Below are positions 25,201 to 36,656 of a DNA stretch of 64,000 nucleotides, in pieces (within the stretch, counting starts at the first letter, position 1; every line of letters begins with the position of its first letter). The stretch lies in NCBI RefSeq assembly GCF_001194135.2, contig NC_068989.1, positions 16,932,282-16,996,281 on the forward strand, written 5' to 3'. A model generated the notes under the pieces. That model saw only the letters and a list, made by a program, of their open reading frames with translations, searched no databases and was not told the origin of the DNA. The position numbers and the translations under genes are program-made. The stretch is from Octopus bimaculoides (lineage: Eukaryota).

Positions 25201-28200
25201 NNNNNNNNNNNNNNNNNNNNNNNNNNNNNNNNNNNNNNNNNNNNNNNNNNNNNNNNNNNNNNNNNNNNNNNNNNNNNNNNNNNNNNNNNNNNNNNNNNNN
25301 NNNNNNNNNNNNNNNNNNATACTATTGGGTACACAAGAACTGGTATAATTGCTCACGTGTTATTGACTCTCTTTCTATCTGCTGTAATAACTCACATACA
25401 CACACATGTATCACTCACATACATACTTTTCTTTGTATGAGGGCCTGTCTTTGATTATGTTATTATATGTCACATTCACACTCTCACACAGACATACATC
25501 TTTAACGCTACAATAAATATTTCTGTTATTCATCTTATACGGTTGTGGTCTTTCATTACTGGTCATCTATGTTATCGTCGTATAACATATCATGTATATC
25601 ATCATTGATATATATAATTTTGTGTTCGACCGTGTGACATGTTTAAATAAAAGGAGTCCTCTGTTTTTCCATTCGTCACCATTTCTCCTTTTTGAGTTCG
25701 CACGGTCGTTCCTTACAAATGTATCAATAAACGACAACTACACCGTACACGGATCAATTTTAAATTTCGGAGAAGCATTTAATCACGATAAACCGAAAGG
25801 ATCAAACTTCACATGGGATGGTTGTCTAGACGTAACAACTGCACCACAACTCGGAGTAGAAGGAAATGTACACGGTGAATCGGTAGGCGAAACGAGAAAA
25901 AGAAAACGACAGTTCTGGAAAGAAGATTTAAATTACACAGAATACGGAGACTGATCACCATAACCTAGTTAAAGACGCAAACGGCAATATGGTTCCCGCC
26001 AGTGGAAACATGGTTACGGCAAACAGAACAGTCATTAACAAAGTCCTATATACATCGGAAGACTCGCCAGAAATGATACTCATCAACGTGCCACAGATCG
26101 TCAGACCCACGGTAGCAGCGCACAACAATACTTTGCATTCGATATCACGTACACCATAACACTAGACGCATACTACGAAGCTATGCAACATCCGCAAAAA
26201 GTAGCCACCATATGCCACAAGGCAGCTGAGAACACTACTTATCCAGGATTTGAATATAATCTATTCTGCGCTACACCACCTTGCAGACACTTGAACAATC
26301 TCCCGCCAAAAGGGAAACGGCACGGGAGAACTACTTACATAGATGCGGATTCAGCTGGCGACAAGGCACTTAAAAATTGTTCAGGACACTTTGTAAACAA
26401 GTAAGTAGACAGCGCTTGCCTGTCACTTGCTAATCACCTTCCAGGCCCTAAACACTATAAATACACACAGGCAACAGTGACAGCCAGCAGTCATGGACAC
26501 ACCAGTCAACAACTTCAACATGAGCGAGAACGACGACAAAAATACATTCGACCAGGCAGTGAAGTCGGAAGAGTTGAAACCATACACGTGGGTGTACAGA
26601 CTCAGAGATGAGAACGAGATAACTTGGGATGAGACGATCACCATCAGCGCAGCGACAGACACCTTCACACACGACTACACGCCGCAGACAAATTATTTCA
26701 TGAACATTCTATCGAAACATCCCAACATAACGATATTTCACAAGCGTTCCATTTCGGCGATAAAACATTGCTACGACAGACCACACTTTCACGTAATATC
26801 ATGGCATAAAGACCATCCGACAAACCTACATAGCTTTTCACAACTTAAAAATTTGTTAAAAAAACGACCTCGGAAAACTGTACAACATGGCAGCTATGAA
26901 GCTATTCACACCATATGGATTCGCAAACTACCTAAACAAAGACAGCTCCATCAGATGGGTAGTATCTGCTGACAACATCAAAACACTCGGACAAAAGATG
27001 ATGTATGAAAAGCTCACATGCAAATCATTGAATACAACAACAAATTACTCACAGGAATCAGACGAAGACAAACAACTCATTAACAACAAGACTGTAAGAG
27101 GATCTAAATATGATTTTATTAAGAAAATCATGCNNNNNNNNNNNNNNNNNNNNNNNNNNNNNNNNNNNNNNNNNNNNNNNNNNNNNNNNNNNNNNNNNNN
27201 NNNNNNNNNNNNNNNNNNNNNNNNNNNNCCAACATAGAAGCACTTTCTACACCGATCTGGGAACAGATTAGGCAAAAAAAAGACTATTTTCAATCAAATG
27301 CAAACAATTACCATAATATCCAAAGATCGTTAGACATTTACGAAGAATGGCTAACACACTACAATATTGACGCTGATAATTTCTCCAAACACACATTCGA
27401 GGTTTGTCATAAGATAAACCCGAAAGTTAACGGGCTGCACATAACCGGAGTTTCCAATTCTGGGAAGAGCTATATACTACGTTCGATAAGAAACGGATTG
27501 ATCAACTGTGGACGCATGCGATGTCAGGCATCGGACAACTTTACATTTGGTTCCTGCGTAGACAAAACAATCATTTATACTGACAAAATTATTATGGATA
27601 TCAAAGCAGCTCCTCTTTAAACTGAAAAACTATGAAATACTGAGACAAAACAATATGCCAAGATGAATCTGCAGAAATGCCAATATGATGAGATATAATT
27701 TTCAACAACAGATACTTACGTTTTCACATTTTGCAGTGTTAGGGCATCCTTAAGTGCTTGTGATTGGTCTGGGTCCAAGTCTTTCCTGTAGTTATTTCAT
27801 TATAAACAACAAAAGACAAATATATTACTCAACAAGCTTCAAACTATTTCACTTTCATATGAAATTATTTCTACAAAACTAAATTCTCTGTTTAAATATT
27901 ATTTGAATAAATTATGAAGGTAATTTTTTTTTTATATAAGTTACTTTTAAATCTTTAAGTATGACAACTTATTTCTTCTGTATTGTAGTGGCATAAAGGG
28001 AGTCAAATCAGAAGAAGGTGTTGTGGTGATCATTCATTTACCAAGATTCATCATCATCATCATCATCGTTTAACGTCCGCTTTCCATGCTAGCATGGGTT
28101 GGACGATTTGACTGAGGACTGGTGAAACCGGATGGCAACACCAGGCTCCAGTCTGATTTGGCAGAGTTTCTACAGCTGGATGCCCTTCCTAACGCCAACC

Positions 28201-28959
28201 ACTCAGAGAGTGTAGTGGGTGCTTTTACGTGTCACCCGCACGATACGTGTCAACAGAAATTTATTTGTCAAATCTATTTCAGATACATACTTAATGCCGT
28301 CCTGTTAAATGTAGAGGGAGATATTCTAAACCCTTCAGAGATATTCTAAACCCTTAACATCAATTTTTATTAGAGAAAAAAAAAACAAAAAATCAGTTTT
28401 TGCTCTAAAATCACCTAAAAACACCTTTAAAAAGTGCCAAAACTATAAAATCCATTAACTTCAATTGCAACTTGATTTAACGGAAGTTAAATGTAACAGA
28501 AGTTAATTAGTCCGATAATGATTTCCAAAGTTAACTTAAAAGTTAAATTGTTAACGAAAATGTTTACTTCATTAATTAATTACAGGTGCATGAGTGGCTG
28601 TGTGGTAAGTAGCTTGCTTACCAACCACATGGTTCTGGGTTCAGTCCCACTGCTTGTCACCTTGGGTAAGTGTCTTCTACTGTAGCCTTGGGCCAACCAA
28701 AGCCTTGTGAGTGAATTTGGTAGACGGAAACTGAAAGAAGCCNNNNNNNNNNNNNNNNNNNNNNNNNNNNNNNNNNNNNNNNNNNNNNNNNNNNNNNNNN
28801 NNNNNNNNNNNNNNNNNNNNNNNNNNNNNNNNNNNNNNNNNNNNNNNNNNNNNNNNNNNNNNNNNNNNNNNNNNNNNNNNNNNNNNNNNNNNNNNNNNNN
28901 NNNNNNNNNNNNNNNNNNNNNNNNNNNNNNNNNNNNNNNNNNNNNNNNNNNNNNNNNNN

Positions 28960-28992
<33 letters not shown>

Positions 28993-31900
28993 AAAGTTTG
29001 TGTGTCTGTATTTGTCCCCCCAACTTCGCTTGACAACTGATGCTGGTGTGTTTACGTCCCCGTAACTTAGCAGTTCGGCAAAAAGAGACCGATAGAATAA
29101 GTACTAGGCTTAGAAAGAATAAGTCCTGGGGTCGATTTGCTTGACTAAAGGCGGTGCCCCAGCATGGCCACAGTCAAATGACTGAAACAAGTAAAAGAGT
29201 AATGATTAACAGATTAAGTTTGGTGCCCAGGTTTGTTTCTAAAGGTATTTTTAGGTGGTTTTAGAGCAAAGACTGATTTTTTGTTCTTTTTTTCTATAAT
29301 AAAAATGAATGTTAAGGGTTTATTCATAACTGACGTTACATTTTTAAAGAATTAACTGATTAATGGTTATCAAATTAACTGATTAACGGTTGATGGCTAA
29401 TGTTAGTGATGATGCTTGGTATGATGGTGATAATAGATAGGCGATAGGTACCTCTGTAGAAAGACAAATGACCACCTGTCAGAAAGATTGTGAGGAAGCT
29501 TCAAAGGGAAAGACATCACATATGTGCATGTGCATGCAACCTTCACCCTTCTCACACGCACAAAAGTACTGATGATAAATAAATACATACTAAAGGTTGG
29601 TAATAGTACCAACTGTGATGGTAATAACTAATGGTAGGAACGAAAAATAGCAGTTATGCTGGTGGTGATGATACAGAAAATAAAATAATAAAAGTGTATG
29701 TATGCATTAGTGAATTTTATTTTTTTAAAAGTTTCATTTAAAAATGTTTCTCATTTGCATCACATGGATCCCACAAGAGCTGGACCGAATGAATCTGTCC
29801 CCACTACCACTGGCTACACCTGTGGGTGTTGTGGCAGTGTGTATTGGCATTGTAGTGTCTGCGTGTTTTGTTGTAGTGAGAGCGTGTATTGTCGTATGTA
29901 TTACTGTTGTGAAGTATGTACTGGTGGAGGTTATGTTTTGTTGGTGTAATATCTGTCTATTGGTCTTGGTCAAGTAATGACTGTGTGCATTAGTGATGTA
30001 GGGGCTGTTTATGAGTGTTGTAGTGGTTATGTGTATTGTTGCTGTAGTTGTGCTCCGGTTAGTATGTAGGTGATGTGTATGGGTAGTTGGTGTGGTAGCT
30101 GTGTTTTCCTGCGTTGTTGATGTCTTTAGATGTGACTGAGGTGTTACTATGACTGTCTGTTTGGTTAGAGTAATAGAACCTTTTTAGAATTAGATGCTGA
30201 TATCATCTTACTTACCAAATGACTACCTTGATCCCCAGTTTTGGAGGCTGGAGAAAAAGAAATAATTAATGTATTATTTTAATTATTCGAGTATCTAAGA
30301 ACAACGTTTTAGAGATGACATTTATAAATAACATGCATATGGATGAAGACAGCTGAATAAAGAAGTTTTAATTGTGGAGGGTACCTGTGGAAGGGGTAGA
30401 TCCAGAAAGACACGGGATGAAGTGGTGAGAAAGGGTCTTCAGATGCTGGGCCTCACAGAGGAAATGACAAAGGACAAGGATTTTATTCAACATATTCCCC
30501 TTCTCAAATTCATACAGTTATTGCAGCAGTCCTTCAATTTTTCTAAACCCTCTAGAAGAACTCGGATGATTAAGCCGCCAATCAGGCCTTTTGCAATACT
30601 TATAAGGTCAGAAACTTTTCAGCGAACCCTCATATGTGCATGTTTGTAGACACATATAAATATACCGTTTATATGAATCCCAATATCAACAGTAATATTA
30701 TGATATTTATGCTTTTTTAGTCATCAGCAAAGTTGACCATTATTATCAAGAATCACAATGTATCATTCATAATACCAATATTCCAAGAATTAACAAATAT
30801 TTTAATATAGTTAACAGCAACAAAGGTGAAACAGCTATCAGTTTGAGGGAAATTCCTTCATTACAATAGATTTTTACACTGGCATAATGCCAAAATTATA
30901 TAAAGAGTGGGGGTGAGTACTTAAATGATTGATAAACAATATATTATTGGTGCTTAACTTGTTGAATCCTGGATGGATGAAGAGGATACATGAATGTAAT
31001 AAAACAAAACTAAACACTACAGGGCTGGCAATTTACTGACTCTAGCATTTACTACTACTAACAACAACAACAACAACAATAATGATAATAGTAATAATGG
31101 TTTCAAATTTTGGCAAAAGGGCAACAATTTTAGGGGAGGGGATGAGTCGATTACATTGACCCCAGTGTTCAAGTGGTACTTATTTTATTGATACTAAAAG
31201 AATGAAAGGCAAAGTTGACCTTGGTGGAATTTGAACTCAGAACATGAAAATAGATGAAATGCTGCTAAGCATTTTGCCTGGCATGCTAACGATTCTGCCA
31301 GCTCGCCTTATCAGTATCATTATTCATCATCATCATCATCATCACCATCATCATCGTTTAACGTCCGCTTTCTATGCTAGCATGGGTTGGACGACTTGAC
31401 TGAGGACTGGTGAAACCGGATGGCAACACCAGGCTCCAATCTAAATTTGGCAGAGTTTCTACAGCTGGATGCCCTTCCTAACGCCAACCACTCAGAGAGT
31501 GTAGTAGGTGCTTATTATTAAACAATAATCCCATGTCAGATTTGTCTTGCAAATAGCAGCCTTATTGGACACAGCACACATCTTAAGGAAAGTATCATCT
31601 GTCCGAGGTCCTTGAAGTGACTTTTTTTAAATAGCATAAATATGTTTATGGCGAGAAAAATATTCTTTACTCTAGGCACAAGGCCCGAAATTTTTTGGGG
31701 AGGGGGTCCAGTCGATTAGATCGACCCCAGTATGCAACTGGTACTTGATTTATCGACCCCGAAAGGATGAAAGGCAAAGTCGACTTCGACGGAATTTGAA
31801 CTCAGAACGTAAAGAGAGATGAAATACCGCTAAGCATTTCGCCTGGCATGCTAACGTTTCTGGCAGCTCACCGCCTTATGACGAGAAAAATATTGAAAAA

Positions 31901-32698
31901 CGTCAATACATGTAAGAGTGACAAAGAAAATGGGGAAGGTGGTCGTGGGATGTGCTAGAAACAAAAGCCAAATCTCCCTTAAGTCACACACTTTTTCGTC
32001 GGGAAATATTTTCAATTTCTTTTTTCTTTCCGCAAAAGCCTCTCCCACCATGAATTTTGAGTGCATAGTACAAAAATAAATAAATAAAAAAGAAAAGGAG
32101 AAAGAAAAATATTGATCAGAATCGGTGGGGGAGGTAAGTTTAGACAAAAAATCATAAATTTTCAAATTTATTCTTCCTAAAAAGACGCTTACCATCTTTT
32201 TCCGAGTCCGTGGTCAAAAAGAATTGGGGAAATCCCGTCAAAAACGGAGAAAATTCAACTTTTGTTGGGTAGGCTTCCCGATCTGAAATTCCGCTTACTT
32301 TTGATACTTTGACTAGAAATTGTACATGTGAAGACGACGATGACGATGATGATTTCAAACTATGAAAATTGTTTTGTTCTTAAACTGAATGTTACCTTGC
32401 TCCTATTTTTAGAAGGAGACCTGTTTACTGTGTCGAGAGCTATGAATGATAAGCGGCACCTGTACACGTCGTTGCTATATACGCCTCACTCTCAGAGCTG
32501 GTGGTAATGGAAAAATCTGTGTAAATATAATTGCTGTTGTTGTTTATCATCTGATCGGGTAGACCTATATATCTCAAGTTCTTTCAATATCACTTAATCT
32601 TCTTGTATTCCTCACAGCAACTAATTTATTACACTTGATGAAAGTTTTGTACTTACGAATATTCGTTGCAAAGTCGCAAGTCTTTTCCAGCGATACAT
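11922..32698 (-). CDS. CFAP119: CFAP119/CCDC189-like paralog B, complete, 9 exons, 277 aa: 32698-32657, 30247-30216, 27785-27720, 24435-24266, 21595-21525, 16785-16669, 15318-15261, 13695-13606, 12109-11922
   Basis: All introns are GT-AG and the exons sum to 834 nt in frame with no internal stop. Translation: MYRWKRLATLQRIF-PPKLGIKVVIW-KDLDPDQSQALKDALTLQNVKT-ILAEIFNLTNYAEDLREAILLNLYTYTLQYARDEDFTIDKLSTYFSIVKDAHEFCT-KSSFINLDETFSYFKELLLCHSVY-CPPFSTELFTLGEVRKISFHMINTYFRHFKLYKYAFTPQ-VQLDLALVYIG...-EEAKKYLRKIITEVLQEKIREIKLSVNEKLK...HHRK*. The string NTYFRHFKLYKYxFTPQVxLDL is recognised from CFAP119 (CLAMP / C1a-32 family). Confidence 0.92.
14790..15130 (+). mobile_element. mariner left end, same TIR family as 45884-46140
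   Basis: ttgggtcatcccataaataatgc TIR. Confidence 0.6.
19304..19785 (+). mobile_element. mariner 5' end remnant
   Basis: TA followed by caaggtctgatcaataagtatccggac, a mariner-type TIR, then a degenerate HTH-coding region. Confidence 0.6.
19790..20316 (+). mobile_element. Tc1 (DD34E) transposase 3' fragment
   Basis: PTVKHGG...FMEDGAPCHT...WPSQSPDMNPIENLW...MPKRVSELKTAKGMSTKY*, with stop codons upstream. Confidence 0.9.
20690..21380 (+). mobile_element. maT/DD37D-like Tc1/mariner transposase remnant
   Basis: YNPMDYYVRSVVEKDTN...KAKLVAKIKEV...RFQSHLEAVVEAEGSYFE*, a typical C-terminus of this group. Confidence 0.7.
23050..23110 (+). ncRNA. Minimal type I hammerhead ribozyme motif 1 (degenerate)
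   Basis: CTGATGA (23057-23063), then GAAAC-AGCT-GTA (23093-23104). Stem I tct/aga; stem II is weak. Confidence 0.5.
23260..23385 (+). ncRNA. Minimal type I hammerhead ribozyme motif 2
   Basis: CTGATGA (23267-23273), then GAAAC-AGCT-GTA (23367-23378). Stem II is gtt/aac plus catgattc/gaatcatg closing a large loop, and helix III is palindromic (ACAGCTGT). Confidence 0.6.
23461..23746 (+). mobile_element. LTR-like fragment
   Basis: TGTAGT...ACTACA terminal inverted repeat and internal TATAAA. The TSD is imperfect. Confidence 0.4.
24679..25592 (+). mobile_element. Solo-LTR-like element abutting the viral insert (contains N-gap 25120-25318)
   Basis: Starts TGTGTAGTG and ends in CA, with a candidate 4-bp TSD (TGTA). 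Contains TCACGTGA E-boxes, CCAAT at about 24821, TTTAAATAG at about 24890 and AATAAA at about 25512. The TGTAGT start is shared with the other LTR-like elements in the window. Confidence 0.5.
25700..26404 (+). pseudogene. Second viral ORF remnant of the same element (probable capsid C-terminal half, alternatively NS2/NS3-like), broken across three frames
   Basis: CpG-rich, coding-like sequence contiguous with NS1. The frames can be joined as ...NVSINDNYTVHGSILNFG... / ...SPEMILINVPQIVRPT / GSSAQQYFAFDITYTITLDAYYEAMQHP...GFEYNLFCATPP...*. This resembles the terminal beta-strand region of parvoviral jelly-roll capsids, judged by eye only. Confidence 0.45.
26401..26492 (+). promoter_or_regulatory. 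Viral intergenic control region upstream of NS1: TATA box, Inr-like CAGT, and a candidate splice acceptor
   Basis: TATAAATA at 26456-26463 and GCAGTC about 30 nt downstream. Branch point CTAAT and ccttccAG acceptor at 26444. Confidence 0.4.
26493..27590 (+). pseudogene. Endogenous parvovirus/densovirus-like NS1 (HUH endonuclease + SF3 helicase), frameshifted and 3'-truncated
   Basis: HUH motif RPHFHVISW (HFH at 26784-26792). After a frameshift in the A-run near 26860, FANYLNK (Tyr at 26929). After the N-gap (27134-27228) an open frame reads SLDIYEEWLTHYNIDADNF...KINPKVNGLHITGVSNSGKSYILRSI (Walker A 27447-27470)...NFTFGSCVDKTIIYTD (Walker B). Intron sequence homologous to copy C resumes at about 27597. 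Confidence 0.88.
28347..29322. mobile_element. Non-autonomous TIR element with a nested SINE
   Basis: About 90-bp imperfect terminal inverted repeats (taaacccttaacat... / ...atgttaagggttta). Confidence 0.6.
30365..30478 (+). mobile_element. RTE LINE 3' fragment
   Basis: VEGTCGRGRSRKTRDEVVRKGLQMLGLTEEMTKD. Confidence 0.7.
31665..31880 (-). repeat. tRNA-derived SINE (head ggcggtgagctgccagaaacgttagc). Other copies at about 5580-5800, 5815-6030, 6660-6795, 21720-21912, 31075-31310, 50160-50600, 52670-52895, 55320-55640, 55790-56000, 59810-60215.
   Basis: Shared gttctgagttcaaattccg...gactttgcctttcatcctttcggggtcgat core. Confidence 0.88.
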
Positions 32699-32770
32699 CG
32701 TTTACACTTTAAAACGAACAACGCTTTTTTTTTTTTTTTATTTGGTCACAAAATTATTTCCCTTACATTT

Positions 32771-32785
32771 GTTGCTATTAACAAC
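32771..32785 (-). promoter_or_regulatory. RFX X-box upstream of copy B
   Basis: The minus strand reads GTTGTTAATAGCAAC-aaatgtaagggaaataattttg, versus GTTGTCAATAGCAAC-aagtgtaggggagacaactttg upstream of D. It lies 73 nt from the B ATG. Confidence 0.72.
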
Positions 32786-34414
32786 AAAGCGTTCTACATA
32801 CCATTAAACAATTGGAACCATTTTAAGTCGTCGTCGTCCTCGTGGTCGTCATTGTCGTCGCTGCCACCACCACCACCACGGTGATGAACGGAACAACTTT
32901 CACTAGCTGTAATATGTCTGAGGCAGCGACTGACCCATCGGTAACGAGGACTGGGAATGGCGAGCGGCNNNNNNNNNNNNNNNNNNNNNNNNNNNNNNNN
33001 NNNNNNNNNNNNNNGCATGTTACCGTCTCTCTGAGAGACAGTGGATATGGAAACAATTTGGACAAGGATAGTTTTCTTGTTCAGCCTCTCTGATATGGCA
33101 GACCTATGATGAAAGACATTCCAGACATGACCATACAGTCTTTTCTTACGTGTAGAGAAACCAGGGCAACATTGTTTATCATGTCCTTCTTTTTTCAAGA
33201 TAGTAGGGTGTGACTTGAGGACGATTTGGCTGCTATTTCTAAAAAAAAAAAAACCCCACAAAACGAGCGACTAAGTAGAGGCTCCCTGGTGAAGTGTCCT
33301 CTAAGCCCGTGACAGTGAATTCGTCTGGCAAACCTTAATGGCATTACTTTGCATGTCAAGTTTCACACTCTCCTTTTGTATACTCTTTTACTTGTTTCAG
33401 TCACTTGATTGCGACCGTGCTGGAGCACCGCCTTTAGTCGAGCAAATCGACCTCAGGACCTATTCTTTGTAAGCCTAGTACTTATTCTATCAGTCTCTTT
33501 GGCTGGACCGCTAAGTTACGGGAACGTAAACACCCCAGCATCGGTTGTCAAGTGATGTTGGGGGACAAACAAACGCACAAACATATACACACACGTATAT
33601 ATATATACATATATACGACGGGCTTCTTTCAGTTTCCATCTAACAAATCCACTCACAAGGCTTTGGTCGGCCCGATACTATAGTAGAAGACACTTGCCCA
33701 AAGTGCCATGCAATGGGTCTGAACCCGGAACCATGTGGCTAGTAAGCAAGCTACTTACCACACAGCCACTCCTAACCCTAACCCTCGAAGATAAAACAAG
33801 CATATGCAGCCTTATTCTGCCATTACTTGGAACAGAAAAAATATAAAGCATATAAATATTTTAAATGGTGACAATCAACAAACGCATGTACAGCATGTGC
33901 CTCTCATTTTCTCAAACACTGCAAGTTTACAATTGTGCCAAAGTACAACAATGAATTGTTTTCATTCATAAGGATTACACTGCCAAAAATATGGAAGCCT
34001 GACATGGAAAACTACTGAAAATTAAGCGCACAAAGTGTACCTCCTGCCCAAAGGCACATAATCAATTTTCTACGCTTGGATTCCACACAGACACTTGCTT
34101 ATCTGGTTTCCATACACTTTCTATAACCTTTTCACATGTCCTTCAGAACAAGCTTCAAACAAACTATGTATATAAAGACAATTTTGTCTTTCTTATTTCA
34201 TTTGTTTACATTGCTTGCATTTTCATTCTGCATTATTATTTTTTGTTTTGCTTGGGCTTGCAACACTTGAATTTTGTTATGAACATAAATACTCTTCTTC
34301 ACATACATATTAACATGTCCTCTCTGCTTTTTATCTCATATGCATTCACCTTGCACACTTCAAATGCATGGATATAACACCTGCTTGTTTTTTCATTCAT
34401 ACTGATGACAGCAC

Positions 34415-34788
34415 TGTAGTGACGTCATATTGGCGCCAAAAGGCATAGTCGCCATTGCTGAATCCTTAACCACGCATGCGTGGGTTTCAACATCGAAGCG
34501 TTCCCGCTATTAGTCTGTCTCTTTACCAAGCCTGACAGCGACCAAGCAAGCTCTCCCATTTGAGTGTGGTTGAACCAAGTTGTCTCTATAAAGACACCAA
34601 CTCGAAGAACCGTACATCTACATTTCAGGCTACTCTAAAACCGGACAATTGGAAGCTGTTTTATTTTCCACCATACAATAAATATTTGTTGTTGTTGATC
34701 AGTTTGGAGTTTCTACGTTTAGTTCACTTCTAATTTAATATAGGAAAGTTAGGTGTATATCTAATGATATATAACCCACTTTCCTAAA
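34415..34788 (+). mobile_element. Solo LTR (Gypsy-type 4-bp TSD)
   Basis: TGTAG...CTA(c/a)A termini with TSD GCAC on both sides. Contains TGACGTCA, TATAAA, AATAAA and a 3' hairpin (taggaaagt...actttccta). Confidence 0.7.
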
Positions 34789-35179
34789 GCACTTTTCACT
34801 CTGCAAACTTCATGTTGACCACTTGGGAAATCTTACTGGATAACAATGTCCAACTTTTTGCAGTCAACCTTGTGCACAAACTCATTCATAACCTGCAGCT
34901 TCACATGCATCTGGTGTTTGATTTATGTGCATACACGTTTTCATGCTGCTCTTTTCTCTTTAACATGCAATCCATAATGTCATCACATTACACTTTGTTT
35001 TATTATTTTTTTTTGTTTTTCATTGCCTGTATTTCACGTTAATGTTTTCATTTTCTTGGAACACTCAACTTTTCCTACATTATCCTCTGGCTTAATGTTG
35101 CAACTTACATAGACATTCATTCAATACTACAATACAGTTTATTGAATTTGATCATTACCACTTCAACAACCTAGAATGC

Positions 35180-35605
35180 TGGCCACATCTTTAAATATCC
35201 TCCATCTCCATCACATATCCACATCAGTGCAGTCTTCTTCATGCATACTACACCTGACTCCTCTTATATCCACCTTTTCTATCAGCTCATTTGTGCACCT
35301 TTGTTTCTGCACACCAGCTTTACACATTCAGCCTCTGTTATTCTCAGCTTGTGAAAATCCTGCACATTCAGGACCCACATTTATTGATCATGCAATATCA
35401 TACTTCATACACAAGTATCATACAACATGCACTTCACTATAAGAGAGAAGTCTTTTGTTGCTAGAAGAGATAATAGATCTCCAAATTTTTTTCCAACTCA
35501 TTCTTACTTTGGCTATTATACTTTCAGAACATCCATCTCTACTGCTAATTAGGTCACCAAAGCCACAAAGGCTATCAACTACATCTAAAAACTGATCATA
35601 TGGTT
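35180..35605 (-). mobile_element. Degenerate RTE LINE fragment
   Basis: FGDLISSRDGCSESIIAKVRMSWKK...LLSY resembles RTE reverse transcriptase. Confidence 0.65.
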
Positions 35606-35624
35606 GGATCATATAAGGAGAAGG

Positions 35625-35990
35625 AGGCGCAATGGCCCATTGGTTAGGGCAGCGGACTCGCGGTTTCGATTCCCAGACCGGGCGTTGTGAATGTTTATTG
35701 AGTGAAAACACATAAAGCTCCACGAGGCTCCGGCAGGGGATGGTGGCGAACCCTGCTGTACTCTTCCACCACAACTTTCTCTCACTCTTTCTTCCTGTTT
35801 CTGTTGTGCCTGTAATTCAAAGGGTCAGCCTTGTCACACTGTGTCACGCTGAATATCCCCGAGAACTACGTTAAGGGTACACGTGTCTGTGGAGTGCTCA
35901 GCCACTTGCACGTTAATTTCCCGAGCAGGCTGTTCCGTTGATCGGATCAACTGGAACCCTTGATGTCGTAAGCGACGGAGTGCCAACACA
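35625..35990 (+). repeat. tRNA-derived SINE (head ggcgcaatggcccattggttagggcagcggactcg). Other copies at about 3290-3680, 38450-38840, 60285-60670 (minus strand).
   Basis: tRNA-like A box and gtttcgattccc B box, with a (caa)n/(ca)n tail; four similar copies. Confidence 0.88.
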
Positions 35991-36656
35991 CAACACACAT
36001 ATAAGGAGAAATTGTTGCAATTGGTTGACAATTGGGAATGTTGAAAATAGATATATAAAATATTCTAAAAATATGCACATAATAGAATTAATGTATATTT
36101 ATAGCTGAAGCATAAAATTACAAATTTAAATTCAGTTTAAGATGTTATATCTACTTAACAATGTGCTTGGAACAGTCAAAAAGGATCAAGTAATTTGAGA
36201 ACAATTAGCCTCATTTGAAAATAAATACTTCAACTGCATTTAAGACATACGAGTTTAAAGCAGAAGCTTGCTGAAATTGAAAATATAAAATAATTGTTGA
36301 AACTGAGGTTTGTTTGGTGAACCATAATATCACCAATAATTAAGAAAAGAAAATGAAAATGTAGAGATCATCTTTTGAGAACAGAGTGAAGGAAGATTAA
36401 CAAACAAGCCTTGAATGGAAAATATTTGGAAAAATGAAAAGACAGCTTCATAGCAAATTTAGACAGAGTGAGTTAGAAGAATAGAAAGAAAGATGGATGG
36501 ATGGATGGATAAATAGACAGACAGACAGATAGAGAGAGAGTGGGTGAAAGAGACAGAAATGACAGGTTATATCTGATAGCCAATGAAGTAAATCTGAGGC
36601 GTGGTTATTGCAAGTTGAAAACTAGAAAAATGTATGATCTAAGGAATATAAGTTTT

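Noticed and set aside
25628-25708. Short inverted repeat (cgaccgtg/cacggtcg) as a possible viral terminal hairpin
   Set aside because: The stem is only about 10 bp with a loop of about 60 nt, too weak to call.
26401-26444. 44-nt GT-AG mini-intron that might fuse the upstream viral ORF to NS1
   Set aside because: Splicing gives K-P-stop, and there is an in-frame stop before the NS1 ATG, so no fusion results.
26493-27590. Interpretation as a CRESS-virus Rep or Helitron Rep
   Set aside because: The SNSGKS Walker A and the roughly 170-aa spacing from YxxK to Walker A fit parvoviral NS1 better, and Helitrons use a PIF1-type helicase. A database search is still needed.
35625-35700. tRNA-like sequences at SINE heads
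   Set aside because: They continue into SINE bodies, are multi-copy and degenerate, and show no complete cloverleaf.
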